This document shows positions 1 through 13,229 of a stretch of DNA of 64,000 nucleotides, one piece after another. This stretch comes from Takakia lepidozioides (Eukaryota; Plantae; Bryophyta): positions 1,612,001 through 1,676,000 of the forward strand of contig CM060733.1 in the NCBI GenBank assembly GCA_030704615.1. The letters run 5' to 3'. Position 1 is the stretch's first letter, and each line of letters opens with the position of its first letter. A program made the translations under genes and the position numbers. A model generated the notes under the pieces. The model saw nothing but the letters and a program-made list of their open reading frames with translations. It made no database searches and had not been told where the DNA came from.

Positions 1-1185
1 AGGCTGAATGGCTCGAGGGCTGATAGCTTGTTGCCCAAATGTGGGTTTCCCTTTGAGATATTCTGGAATGCTCAGAGCCTTAGCTGCCCCCTCCAAGAAG
101 GGCCATAAGCTGGTCAGAAGAAAATTATCATTGTGCGCCTCTACAGAACAACTTCTCCAAGGCAGTGGGAAAATTGCATTGTATGCTGGATTGTTCGACC
201 CCTTGTGCGGTGTGTCGTCAACAAGAAGAGTGGTTTTAGGATTCCAGTCATAGTTGCCCCGCCACACTGTAGATAGGTTCTTCAAAAACCGTGGTTTCAT
301 GGGCAGGCTCCCATCCATGTCAGAGGACTGCTCACAATATCCTCCATCCCACTTGAATGCAAGGTCACCGTGCCCATGGAAAAGCCAGTCCACTGTGGGT
401 AGGAAGTTACGTGGTTGCATACAAGACCATGCTGCCACTTCAAAGTGTTCAAAACACTTGTCCAAAAAAGCTTTGCAACCAGGCCTTACAACGACCATCT
501 TGCTACCACATAATTTGTGCTCAAGGCCATTTGGAACCACAAACGCATTACCGCTCCCGACATGGACGCACTCACACAGCAGGCCATTAATATCTAGGAT
601 GAGCAAATGCTTGCCCTTCTCCACTGTTGTGTGCACGACATTCTTCTTCATGAATTGAAGGTTGGGAGTGGAAGTGACAACCGTGGGTTGTTGGGTAATA
701 TCTGCCCGCGGGGAAACAAGGTCAATGTCCAGGGTTGTCTCAGATGTCCCCACCGCGATAGCAGCAGGCCGGAGTTCTGCAGGCGCCTCCACTACCGCAC
801 AGTGTGACAGAACTGCACGAGGACGCGTAAGTTCCTTGGTAGGGGTGTCCTCCCCTCCACCTGGGCCAACATGCTCCACCTGCACATCATCCTCGAATGC
901 ATCAACTGGAGTGACGTTACCTGGTGACATGCCAGGCAAGTCAAACCTGTCCTCCAGACGTCTTGAGGCTGAAGGGCCAGTGATGCATGAGCTATTTGCT
1001 ATGGACGAGCCCACTAAGGCAGGTGAGGAAATGTTGATCCCAAATTTCTCAGCCATGGCCTTCTGGTACATCATCACATGCGATATTGTAGCCTTCAAAT
1101 CCATTATATCTTTGTGTTGTGCACCGTGTGCTCTTTCCATATCCTCCACTTTGCGAGCAATTGCTGAATATCCAGAGGTCCCCTC
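1..1185 (-). CDS. Last visible exon of CACTA TnpA-like gene: coiled coil + linker + FCP1/NIF (HAD-like CTD-phosphatase family) domain; runs off window
   Basis: Hand translation of the minus strand gives 395 stop-free codons after acceptor ggcag|GAG: EGTSGYSAIARKVEDMERAHG...KHLLILDINGLL...VRPGCKAFLDKCFEHFEVAAWSC...FLKNLSTVW...TTLLVDDTPHKGSNNPAYNAIFP...PTFGQQAI. These are NIF/FCP1 hallmark motifs. Confidence 0.85.
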
Positions 1186-1303
1186 CTGCCAGGTCCACGC
1201 AAGTCCATGAACAACATGAGAACATCATGTCGCTGGTAGGGAAAATGCCTAGAACAAAATAATCGACAAAAAATGGGAGAAAGAATGATCACGTGGATCT
1301 CAC

Positions 1304-1384
1304 CATCCGCTCGCTGGTCGATGTTCTGCTTACTGAACCTTCCTGGATTTCATGCAACGATGGACTTTGGCCTCGCTCCTATGC
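1304..1384 (-). pseudogene. 81-nt internal exon of the TnpA-like gene (A*ERGQSPSLHEIQEG...SERM), one in-frame TAG
   Basis: Flanked by tgcag| and |gtgaga, phase 0 on both sides; continues Transposase_24-like motif after VEARL. Confidence 0.7.
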
Positions 1385-2743
1385 CTGCATTTGTCATGTA
1401 CCAGCTCAATATGCTAGCATGGTCAGCCATGACGAGCGACATACCATTCTGGGACAACAGTGATTGAACAGAGGTTTGTCAGACATACTGTTGGGATGCA
1501 ACCAATATTGGTATCCCCGCGCCCACTAACGTAGTCACTATGTATGCAGTAGTACAGAGAGCTGAGTTATGCAGCTAATGCAGAAGAGTAATCACCAGCA
1601 CAGCACTACCCTATGTTAATGACCACAAAAAAGTCATGTTAACACTCACACTCACACTCACTATTGCAGTTTCAAATACTGCCCTGACATCATCATTGCA
1701 CGACAACTCTGATCAGACCCTCCTCTATCCACACTTACAGATTGGTATGTAAAATGAGGACCCCACCCACTACACACTAACAGGTCACAATTCCATCATT
1801 CCAAAAAACCCAACCTCACCTAGCTGATTACATACAAACAGTCCAAATTAAAGCCCACTTTGGATGTCAGACCCGATTGAAAATTCCCCAAGCATGAGTG
1901 CTGGCTAGTTTCCTCACCATCAAGTCATGGTTGAAACAATCAAGTGCAAATTAGCTCTTAATAATGAGTTTCATTCATTTGGGGAATGGCTTAATAGAGA
2001 ATGAGAGCAGCTCTCAGGCAACGACATCAACACAATATGTCTAAGCAGCAACTGGGGAAAATCACGTCGTCACATAGACCTCGCACTCCCCGAATATAAC
2101 TTTCATACGATTCTACTTGCCTTTCTTGATGAACATGAGGGACAACTTACATGAAGTTGCACCACTATTCTGACCATGGCGAGACCCAATTGGAAGAAAT
2201 ACAGAAATGTAACCAAGGCGTAACAAAATTGCAAAACTGGGTCTCTACCTCCTTCAAGAAGTCTGGCAAACTGTATTACTGACCACTTGCCAGGACCAAG
2301 TAAGAAACATTACCATTGTACTTGTCGATTGCAACCTCGCCCAATTTTACAGATGACTACTACGTAGCACTCACAAAAAACTCCTTCCACAAAAAACAGT
2401 CCATTTGATTCGCTATTGAAGTGACTCTTGGACACACCTCCACCCTTAAAGATGCGTTGGGTAGGGTCTCCCTGCAATAGAAAAGGCTAGTAGCACTCGG
2501 GAAATGAAGCGTAATTCAAGAAACCTGCCTCCCCCCTTAAAGAAAAGCCTACAAGCACTTTGCGACAAGGTGAATGAACACTTTAGTTCACTCCACAGGC
2601 AACACCCCTTCAAGAAAACCCTGAATGCACTCCACATAATTTGGAGAATTCAATAACAAAGCCTAGTGGCACTTCGTACTTCCCTCCTAACATGGTGTAA
2701 AATGGGGGAAATGGACACCCCAATATAGATTGTACTCATAAGA

Positions 2744-3435
2744 CGTTGTTTGCCGTAGCCTTGTGGCCATTGACCCGCGCCCAGTTTGAGCGGGAACAAA
2801 AGGAACAGAACCTACCTCTGTCAAGGGCTGACGTTGGTAGTAAGACTTACCTTCATATAAAGAATTAATCCGGGTTTTCCAGATATCCTCTAGAAAACCC
2901 TTCACACAAGCATCAATCTGTTGGGTGTGATTTGCCCAAAAACTAGGCCTCAGGAGGGCCGCGGCTTTTGGCTCAGCCTCGAGACTTTCAAAGTTGGTAA
3001 ACAGGGGTACAGGCACAATTCCCTTGATTGAATTGAAGAGAGCGTCTCTTTGGTGAGAGAACCCCGGACAGTGTATCAGAAAATGAATATTGTCTTCAGA
3101 TTGCCCACACAACGGACAATTGCACTCTCCCTTTCCTCTCTGCTTCTGTTTGCTGTTCAAAGGTAGGCTTCCTGCCCTGAGTTTAAATTTCAGTCTAGTG
3201 CCGAGAGTGGGTAGACCCTTGAGGTCCCCCATGCCACTGACTGGAAACAAGTTCAGGGAAGTTATCTGCCTAACTTCATTTTCATCAGACAAACTCATGG
3301 CAACAGACATGGCTTCAGACACTTGCAGCCTCTAAGTCAGATTTATCCAGCAGGGTCAAGACTTGCGGATCCAGGTCCAGGTCCTTGAGAATCTTTTCTA
3401 CTCTCTTATGCCAGGACTTAGCCTGTTTGACATTA
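2744..3435 (-). mobile_element. 5'-truncated non-LTR retrotransposon 3' end (possibly RTE/RTEX-like) inside the TnpA intron
   Basis: ORF 2687-3322: LKFKLRAGSLPLN...CPLCGQSEDNIHFLIHCP, the C-terminal CCHC region of LINE ORF2. Confidence 0.75.
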
Positions 3436-3489
3436 TAAACAACAATCAGCCAAGGCAAAGAGGGCAAAAAGACTGGTGTGTGAACTTAC

Positions 3490-3878
3490 AAGCCGAGCCT
3501 CAACAGATGCCTTCCCACCACGTCCTGTTTTTGAAGGCTTCTTGATTGATGAATTTGCAACCTTCATGAGGGCACTTTTTGCGTTGAATCCTGCTGTCTG
3601 CCAATACGATACCAACCTGTCCCAATGAGCTTCCTTTAGATGCGCAGGCCTCCCCTCGCCTACCTTGTACACTGCATGGATCTCGTGTCTTTGGGTTTTC
3701 AAGGCAATGCCAAGTGTCTTCCTCATGTGCTCATAGTCAAGACCACATGGCGTATACGCAAATGTAGAGTTTAGAATCCTGTATATTTCTTCAATGACAG
3801 ATTCATCCTGCGCTGCAATATGCATTGACATGTCACACAAACGCCACATCTGGCCTTTGAGGGCTGAATGTACAAAAC
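3490..3878 (-). mobile_element. CACTA TnpA/Ptta-type exon (Transposase_24-like)
   Basis: RPAHLKEAHWDRLVSYWQTAGFNAKSALMKVAN...KTGRGGKASVEARL followed by donor |gtaagt. Confidence 0.75.
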
Positions 3879-4585
3879 GTGTCTGAGACTTTCTTAGCAT
3901 TCCAGGATGTAAATGCACTTCCCACACAGGAGAGGTTGAAAGGTGGAAGCCACAGAAAATCTGGCAGTGGACGTGGCACAACTTTGAATGCAATCACATT
4001 TGGAAAGTTCTCACTTTGGGAATTTCACATTGGGGAGATGGCATTGCTGGAGAAATTTACATGTAGCAAGGAAGGGATGCCCGAGCATATAGGCAGTGAA
4101 ACCCCACAATGGGATAGGAAATCAAGCCCTTTCGCTATATCTTCATCGTGTACACAGTTTGGGTTAAAGTCAAAGGCTCTTACTAAGAGGTTGATACATA
4201 GTGATGTTAAGAGGTTGATACACAGTGATGTTTCTGTTTACAACTAAAATGCAATGTCCATTCAAATGAGTCCATCTACCCACTGATGCAAGGTCTTGTA
4301 TGCACGCTTTGATACAAGCATGCCAATGGTTTGTGAGGTCTCCCCACTAGGTAGGCTTTGGAATTGGCCATGTAGATTTGGCTCAGCCCCCACTTTTCAA
4401 GTTGGGTAAACAGAAGTGTGGGGCACCTGATGAGTCTGAGGGGATGAGGACCTGCTCATAGTAGGATGAGTACAATCAAAGCATTAAAATGGCAAGTGCA
4501 CGGCGTTAATTTTTTTAAGTTGCCATGATTTCATTTGAATGCTTTGATTGACTTTAATGTTTGAATTGGTTTTTATTCTGTGCAG

Positions 4586-5182
4586 GCCAGGAAGAGGCGA
4601 GCTTCCATCGAAGGCGCTGCAGCTGTGGTGGGCAGTCCATCGGGGCGGGGGTTGTTCAAACAAGTCAACCCTGCTACAAACAAGTCCCCAGGCGCAACAC
4701 GACCACCTCCACGACCTATTCCACAGTACCCTCCGTACACACATTACCCACATGCCTACCCCACCCCCGATCAGTATGGCGCTGCGGACCCTTACAACCC
4801 GTACATCCAATACAAGCCCCCTTCAGGTGGTTACCCACAGCAGCCATATGCCCATTCTCCTCCACCTATTCCCCCTTACCTCCCAGACCCACATGCTTAC
4901 CCGGCATCTACATGTCCACCATACGAACCTTTTGGGCCATACGGTGGGCGATACCGTCCCGCCCCCCATTCCCCATGGCAACCCCCAGCTGCCCCACCAC
5001 CTGAGGAGGCAAAGGAAGACATCCCTATGACCAAGAAGGAGCGAGCTAATGCTTTGAGGCGGGCGAACAGGCGAGCCAGGGCAGAGGCAATCCGAAACCA
5101 TGATGCGCGAGAGGAAGATGGACTCCCCCCTCAAGTGCTTCCGGTTGACAAAGCTGGAGAGCCCATTGGACCAGCATGCACT
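4586..5182 (+). mobile_element. Pro/Tyr-rich N-terminal exon of the TnpA-like gene, opposite strand to its continuation
   Basis: Acceptor tgtgcag| at 4585; ORF 4580-5239 ends VLPVDKAGEPIGPA, resembling the motif that precedes the Ptta domain; abrupt junction at about 5182. Confidence 0.55.
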
Positions 5183-5565
5183 GGGAATCTAGAAAATCTT
5201 GTAGACCCTAAAGACAAGAATGCGGGCAATTTAGGCTAAACCTAATTTAAAAAAAAAACCCTAATGACAAGCCCCCGAAATGCGATGTTTGACAACCCCA
5301 AACTAAAGTATTCAGGTCGGTTGAGCACTTCGGTTGAGGTGGAATGCTCTCCTGCGAGATAGCGGCCACAACACTAGGGTGAGCCGCCTCTCAGTATACT
5401 CACAGTGGGTGTGAACCAAACAACTCCGCCTCAACCTCTTTGTTGCGAGCAATGCAGGTCTCCCTTAGCTTCTCATACGCAGTCAGGAGACCGCACGGGG
5501 AGGGCCTGACCATGGCAGTCTGACATCAGCTGCAAAGACCCTTGCACACCCCCTGTGTAAGTACG

Positions 5566-8500
5566 ATGTATACAACGAGAGCGGGGTTTCGGCTGACAGC
5601 TCAACGACTCCGTGTGCGCAGGAAAGATGAGAAACTGTGGCGACTAGAGGAGGCGCATGCCATTGCACAAGGGCACCGCAAAATATTGTGCAACTGCAGA
5701 ATATGCCATGGAGGGATCCCGCAGTTTCTACCGATGGCCAAAAAGCACCTAACAAAGTATGGGAGGGTCCCAAACCTTTGACAGTGTATAGTCCCGGAAC
5801 GACTTGCACGATGCACGCACTCTGACATGCTCGCAGCATGCCCGCGCATGTCCGCATTTTGGACAGTCGTGGGAGTGACTGGAGTCCGAACTACGTGTCG
5901 TTCTTCCGTTGGATGTATTGGAGTCATGGAGTCGTAATGATGGAGTCATGTAGTTGGTAGTGCGTCAGAGTAGTCATGTCCATGACTTCATGACCGCGGA
6001 TCATGGACATTTCAACTACGTGGTGTTCTTCCATTGGCTGTACTGGAATCATGTAGTCAGGGTCTTGACTACATGGTCGCTGTTGACTGCCATGTGTGAA
6101 GGCTGGCCGCATTTTGGGTTTTTGGCAGTTTGCTGCCATGTGTCATGCCTTCAACGCACTGCCCACTTGGGCATATTTGTTGAGAGCTTTCACTTTGTCG
6201 GTATGTGCAGATAGCTGTCTGTATGTGGGGATGTCTCCCTCTATCACAGAGGGTATGTTTGTTTTGTTTTTCGATGAAAACTGTGTTCCTACTTTGCCGT
6301 ATTATATGAGAGTAGTTTTCATTTGTCTTTGTGTCTGAGCTCCACAAGCTACTTCGAAATGAAGTCTGTGGCCGACCAATTTCGTCTCCTGATTCGCAAG
6401 TGCGGGGGAGACTTGCAACATTCACCTATATTGAACTAGTGCAATTCTACAAAGTGTTTGCTTACATGACAGTGTTTAAATGAAATTTCAGAGTCTGGGA
6501 GTTTTGAAAAAAGCCTATTTATCGTATCCCAATTTCTGATTTCATTTGCATTCACAGGGCTACATTACATCCGACTCTGAAGTGGAGGCTGAATGTAGTG
6601 TAGAGAGTGTTGCAAATGACGTCAATTTTGGAGGGACAAGACGGCAATGGGCTACGGGGCCAGATTGCCCGTGCTGTGCAAGATGCATTTGAAATATCAG
6701 ATACCCTCCGGGAGAATCCCACACCTGCCCCAAATGCCCTTCACTTGGACAATGATGAGGCTGTTGAGAATGGCGCAAATCCCTCTGAAATGCCTGATGG
6801 GGAAAATATGGGCGGAGAAGAAGCAGGCGCGCCAAATGATCTTCACCATGAAAAACTCATGCGAGAGTCCCAAATCCCCTTATACGATGGGAGCGTTCAC
6901 AGCCGATTGACCGCCACATTGATGTTGCTCAATTCTTGCGCCACTCACAGATGTACCAACGCATTTGCGGATGAGTTATTTTCATTGTTGAGGCTGGAGA
7001 TTTTGCCCAAACAGAACACCTTGCCCAAATTGCAGTATGAGGCCAAAAATATGATCGCCATGATGGGTCTAGGATACAAACAGATCCATGCCTGTGAACG
7101 TGGATGTGTATTGTTTCGTGGAGACCTCGGAAAGGCTGCAAATTGCCCCAAGTGCCACAGTCCTCAATACATGGACGGCCGTGGGAAGGTGCCCAAGAAG
7201 GTGCTGCGATACTTTCCTCTCATACCTAGATTGAAACGGATGTTCCGAGCTAAGACGCTCGCAGAGCTCATGAAGTGGCACAACAATCATAGAAGTGCAG
7301 ATGGCATGGTCCGGCATGCTGCAGACAGTAAGGCTTGGTGCCATATTGACAACACATGGCCGGATTTTGCTTCAGATCCAAGAAATCTGCGTCTTGGATT
7401 GGCACTGGATGGGGTCAATCCTTATGGCACAAAATCCGCTTCTTGGTCCACCTGGCCCATCATGGTGCTCAATTATAATCTACCTCCATGGTTGGTAACG
7501 AAGAAATTTTTTGTCATGTTAACACTCCTCATTCCTGGAAAGGAATCTGTGACAAGTGAAAATGTGGATGTTTACCTGCAACCACTAGTAGAGGAGCTAG
7601 CGACATTGTGGGTGGGAGTTGCAGCCGTGGATGTGGCAGCCATTGAAGGAGAGCGGGCTTTTACCATGCGTGCAGTCCTCATGTGGTCCATACATGACTT
7701 CCCCGCCTATGGCTTGTTATCAGGTCAGGTTCACCAAGGGTACTCTGCTTGTCCAGCATGTGGACCTCAAGGCGATTCCAGATATTCCCCAGCTTGCAAG
7801 AAATTGATATTCCAAGGGCATCGACGCTATCTTCCCCACAATCATGCCTATAGAAGATCCAGACTTTTTAATGGGGCGCGAGACATGAGACCTGCCCCAC
7901 ATACAGTGACAGCCACCGAAATCAAGGAGCGTGCACGACATTACAAACAATGGATTAATGATGGTGGGACTGTAGGCGCACAGAACGATCCCTCCAAGCT
8001 CTATGGCGTAAAACGATTGTCCATTCTGTTTGACTTGCCTTACTGGGAGGTGCGATTACCACACCTGTGTTTTGGGAACATAACAATGCATTGGTTTTCA
8101 TTGTGCATGATTGTTTGTTTACTGAACCTGTGCTGTTAACATCATTCATGACTGCATTGCAATGTGCCTAATTTGTTAGACCACATGGTGCAACATCTTA
8201 TCATCCGCCACACTTTTGATACCATGCATTGCGAGAAGAACGTGACGGAGAACATAATCAAGACTCTTTTCGGCGAAAATGACACGATGAAAGTTCGCCG
8301 CGATCTAGAATTGCAGGGCATTCGAAAGCCTCTTTGGTTACGACGCCATCCCACCAGAGTGGATACATTGGTAATGCCCAATGCGCCATATGTGCTCACA
8401 AAACCAGAGCAGCGGGTGTTCCTGGAGATTATCACGAATCTGAAAGTACCCACTGGCTATGCCTCTGCTTTCAAAAAGCATGTGGTCAAACAAAAGTTGA

Positions 8501-10587
8501 GCCAATTGAAGTCACATGATTAACATGTGCTCATGCAACAGATCCTCCCACTTGCTCTACGTGGGTTGATGGCGCCCGGGGTTCGCAATGCCATACTAAG
8601 AGTGTCTCGTGTGTTTCGCAAGCTTTGTGCAAAATTCATTGATCCCACCGAGCATGAGGAATTGAAGAAGGAGGTGGCAGTGACTCTTTGTCTTCTGGAG
8701 AAAGAGTTCCCACCCTCATTTTTTGATGTTATGACACATTTACTTATCCACTTGGTGGATGAGCTAGATTTGTGTGGACCTGTAGCTTCTCGGTGGATGT
8801 ACCCGGTGGAGAGAGCAATGAAGGATTTTAAAGGGTATGTGCGAAACTTGGCGAAGCCTGAGGGCAGTATGGCGGAGGGCTACGTGTTTGACGAGGCATT
8901 GGGATTTTGTACAGAGTACTTGTCTTCTGTTGCTGCTACTAGGCGGAGAGTGTGGGATGCAGGAGAGGAGGAATCAGTGTCGGGCTGGGTGTTGGAAGGA
9001 GTTGGTCGACCACGGAGGTTGACCCTCAAATTGTTGCAGCTTGTCCACGACTACGTCATTCACAACCATCCCAGCTCTCCCTCACTTTGCAGAATGGCTG
9101 GTAAAAGCAGTCCGCCAGCATGTGTCAAGTGTTGCCAACCATGCTACTGATTCAAACCCCTTCTAAACTTTTGGATGAGAAACACCTTCTATTGTTGTGT
9201 CGACTGAGAGATGATAAGACCTAATTTCTATCCGTCATCGCTCTCTGCCATCAAGCAGTAGTTGCATAGAGAACCAACTAGAGGCGCCAGCCACTCCAAA
9301 TTTATCCATGGCGGATCTAAACCGGACGCAGCAACGCACGCTCGTGCCGGACACTCCCACTCCTCACACAACATGTGTGGTAGAGGAGGGCCCACCAGCA
9401 TCATGGTGAGGGGTAGGGCAACCCTATGCTCCAAGGTGGTGGCCCTCTCCCTAACCATGGTATAACAAGGGGAAATATTGGTGGTGGGCCTTTCACTCTT
9501 TTCACTACAGCCCTAGAGAGTGGTGCAAAAGGAGCTAACACTAGTGGTGAACCCCCCACTCTACCTACAGTAGCCTTAATCTTGGTAGAAGATAAAGCAA
9601 TGCTGATGGTAGGCCTCCCACTCTACTCTAGGCCACAACTCTAAAGGAGTAATGCCTGCAAGGAATTGTTCGACATGTCCCAAACCCCATCATTAATCGC
9701 AACATCATACAAGAGCATGTCGGCTTATTCCTGTTCTGGTTAGCAGCATTTTCAGTCTCCAACCTGGATTTCTCCACCTCATAGGACCTGCCAACACATG
9801 CACAACCACATCAATTTATCTAGTGCAACCCCTACAACCGATGGAAGAACTACTGCACACACATCTATACAAAGCATACCCATGCATAGCAGGTACCAGA
9901 AGTTGTGACATGCACTCACGTTTGCCACTTACCCCAACATAATGCTCAAAAACCACTTCAGGGTTACTTCAACAGCCCCTTTGTGACATATGACTCGGGG
10001 GTCTCTACTGTTTTCCAGCATGACGTACTTGCATTTCAGGCGAGCAGGTGGTGGAAAGCGTACGGTATGTAGGTGTCATAAAGGAGATTTTAGAATTGGA
10101 TTATGGCTCCACACACACCACGGTGCTATTGTGTTCATGGGTACGTGCACGACGTGTGGGCTCTCAGCCTGTGTCAATGAAGCAGGATGACTCTGGCTTC
10201 ACATTGGTGAATTTCTCCCACTTGTTGCCTCCACTTGAACAGCCTTTTGTGCTCCCATCACAGGTCGAGCAAGTTTTTTTCTCTAAGTGAATGAACCGAG
10301 ATGGAACGTGGTGCTGGAAAAAAACCCCAGGTCACGCAGGGCTGTTTGTGATGTGAGCATTTGCAACGATGATATTGTAAGTGTATCCTCTTAGCCCCCA
10401 TCACATTGAAGAGACCAATGTTGCTGGTGACAGGGTGGGCCAGACCATCCAAGTGACACCTGAAGAGGTTGCTTCACTTTACAGAGACATGCGATCTGAG
10501 GAAGTACATCCATGTCCCACGGAGGACAGTTGCGATGGAGATTCAGAGTCCAGTGATGAGGAGTTGGTTGATGTGGATGTGTACTAG
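5566..10587 (+). mobile_element. CACTA/En-Spm TnpD transposase gene, degraded (exons about 5566-5790, 6558-8049, 8190-9092, 10039-10587)
   Basis: KILCNCRICHG..AKKHLTKYGR (transposase-associated domain); LRYFPLIPRL, DPRNLRLGLALDGVNP, STWPIMVLNYNLPPW, WSIHDFPAYG (Transposase_21); DTMHCEKNV, LKSHD, FPPSFFDVMTHL, RWMYPVER, PEGSMAEGY (DUF4218); YVGVIKEILELDY, PFVLPSQVEQVFF (DUF4216). Stops at 8521 and 10286. Confidence 0.93.
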
Positions 10588-11689
10588 TACCTAGAATGAG
10601 GTACGACTTCCCCCCCCCCAACTGCCTTTCTCTATCTCAAGTATATGAAGGGGCAAAATTCAATATGTAATCCCGGTTGATTCATGAATAATGTGGGATT
10701 CATAAGACTGGCACTAAGGGTTGCCCTTGGGGGTGTCCTTTTTGCAGGGTGTTGGAGGTGTCCAACTTACATGGCGTGTCTGTCTGGCAACGTGACATGA
10801 CATTTATGTCACTATAGACTTTGGAACGGCATGCAGATTTACACATCAGTTCTGCCTTTGGGTACATTGTTGACAAAGTGCATGTGCCTTCCAGTTTACA
10901 TTACATAATTGCCCCAGTGATTTTGTGGGTCTTATATTGGGCAGGCTCGTATTTATGGACCATTGAATACCAGTGGAGTGCTTTTAAGCTTGGTCCCTAC
11001 TTATCATGTTTGCATTTTTCCCCAAAAGAATCTGGCAATCCGCATAGATGATGCTCTGGCTGGTTGAATGGGTTATTTGCGCAAATGCATTTTATGGGCA
11101 GTTTCTCTCATGAGCAAGAGTTGCATTTTGAGGTCGATCCTATCCAACGACATACAGAGGTGGTTGTTGCCAAGGAGAACAATTTTCATTCTTAGAACAC
11201 CCCCCCATGGCAAAGTGGGTGGATCGGAACAGACCGTATTGCCAAGCTTCTATTCCAGTACCACACGGCGTCGAGCTCCGAGACGGCCTGCTACAGGGAC
11301 GACATGCACAAGGCGATATGTTAGAGTGTATTGGATTTCATATTTTGTTGGTGTTCTTGGTCACTGCTCAAAGACTTTTGTTGAGCAATGTTTTGCATCA
11401 CTCTCACGAGTGAATTTTATGATTTGCATGAATTTGCCTATCCCCTGAATGCATCATTTGTTCGTCTGTCATTCCGCAGTATGAGGCTTGCTTTTGATGT
11501 TGTCCGCGATCAACAAACACTAAAATGCACGTCACCATCTGAACGTAACGTCACAAACAGATGCGGTTCCAGATCGCCTCTCTAGCATGTTGGCTTCATG
11601 TTCCATTCTTCTCCACAAAGCGCAAACGGCCTACTAATCTGCTTCGTGTGCAACCGTTCCCTTCACTTGCATCCCCCGCACCACAATAT

Positions 11690-12060
11690 CAAAACCACTT
11701 AACCAATCATATGTAGACACCTCATAAGTTGTTTCATGTCACAGACTCTCCATGTCATGACGGCATGTGATGATCTGGCAGAATGCATTAGAGTGGCAGT
11801 CATGAAGTCATATGTCTGTCTAGCAATATGCACACGTCATTCTAGTATGGGCATGACCCTGACTGGTAGTCATATCCGCCATGGCAATATTCCTGGTCAA
11901 AGGGTGTTTGACCTGTGTTGCGCAAAGTTCGGAGTCATACAGTCGCATAAACGGCTTCGTCGTGATCTATGTTATGACTTCAAAAGGCATTTATGACTGC
12001 AAATGGCATTTCTGCCACAAATTTGTCGTGACTGCGCACCCATGGGAGTCATAAAAGCCG
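11690..12060. repeat. Cluster of GTCAT(G/A)/(C/T)ATGAC motifs, probable CACTA subterminal repeats (similar cluster about 5870-6090)
   Basis: Many copies in both orientations; no intact CACTA TIR located. Confidence 0.4.
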
Positions 12061-12065
12061 CAATC

Positions 12066-12470
12066 TGTTGTAGTGGACTACTTGCGAACAGTCCCCTCCG
12101 GCGAACCTGCCTGCCAGCGGACTCACTGGACCAGACTGAGGTCGCAGTAGACTGGCGTGAGTCTTGCAGCGGACTGCTTGCGAACAGTCCCCTCCGGCAG
12201 ACTGCCCTGCCAGCGGACTTGCCCTTAGGAGACCGGCAGCAGACTTACCTAGACTTTGCTGACAGCACACCCGAGCAGACTGACCTTGCAGAATACTTAC
12301 GCAAGTGAGTCTTCTAGCGGACTTCGCTAGAGGACATTATCAGTAGACTGGTTTGCTAGCAAACTTGCAGAAATGAATGGGCCGGACTTGCAGCTAGGAT
12401 TGCGTTGTATGGCAGGGGACTTGCCGAAGAGACAGACAATGAACGCAGACGACGGACTTGCACGCGAGTG
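12066..12470 (+). repeat. CAG(C/T)(A/G)GACT motif array with a roughly 100-bp internal duplication
   Basis: cttgcgaacagtcccctccggc twice; many cagcggact/cagcagact copies. Confidence 0.75.
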
Positions 12471-12493
12471 TACATGAGGGTATGTGAAACTTA

Positions 12494-13205
12494 CGTAATG
12501 GCGTTTATTTCGGCGTCGGCATCGTCCACAATGAAGGCATTGGGTCGGCAGTCCGACATTTCTGCGAGGAGAAAGTCCCACAAGGCTGCCATCCACGGCA
12601 CCAGGTCTGTTGTCCGTTCACGCGCGCATATGATGTATGCAACTGGTTAAGCCACTCGTCGAAAACCATCAACGTATACAATGGGAATTGTTCAAATGCA
12701 GGATGTCAGATGCTGCCAGTGTGCGTACATCCACTACTTCTGCAAGTGGATAAATTGTGAAAGGGATGAAGAGTACCTTGTGGTGATTTGTCCCAAAGGT
12801 TGCATCGCATGCAACGATACGGGCATGGCCTAATTGAAGCATTCGCTTCTTCTGCCACTCAGTCTGTATGCCGATTGTGAATGTTAAGTCGCCATCGTAG
12901 TGCTTGAATGTTGGCGCCAATTTCTCCTCTTGATAGAAGAAGACCGATTTCGGGTTCTGGTTTTTCCACATGCGGACACTCTCCGCATCGTTGGCATGTT
13001 TTTTGAACGTTTGCCGCGCCCGTTTCTCGGCCAGGTTGCGCACATCCTGCTCCAGCAAAAAATCGTCCCGTGTCCATGCATCCCCCAACCCGGTGTTGTT
13101 CATGACGTGCTCTTTATGTTCCATCATGATTTGGGTGACTGACAGGCCTCGGCACAGACACTCCATGACCCATGCTTTCAATTCCTCGCTAATGTGTGGT
13201 GCATA
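12494..13205 (-). mobile_element. Mutator-like (MULE) transposase fragment, two exons
   Basis: TRDDFLLEQDVRNL...VFFYQEE...FTIGIQTEWQ...ACDATFGTNHHK|gt; then FPLYTLMVFDEW...PVAYII...PNAFIVDDADAEINAI|gtaag. Confidence 0.85.
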
Positions 13206-13229
13206 GACAAAACAAAAAAACAAAAACAA

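Noticed and set aside
254-1210. Plus-strand ORFs 254-658 and 662-1210
   Set aside because: Antisense shadows of the real minus-strand NIF-domain exon.
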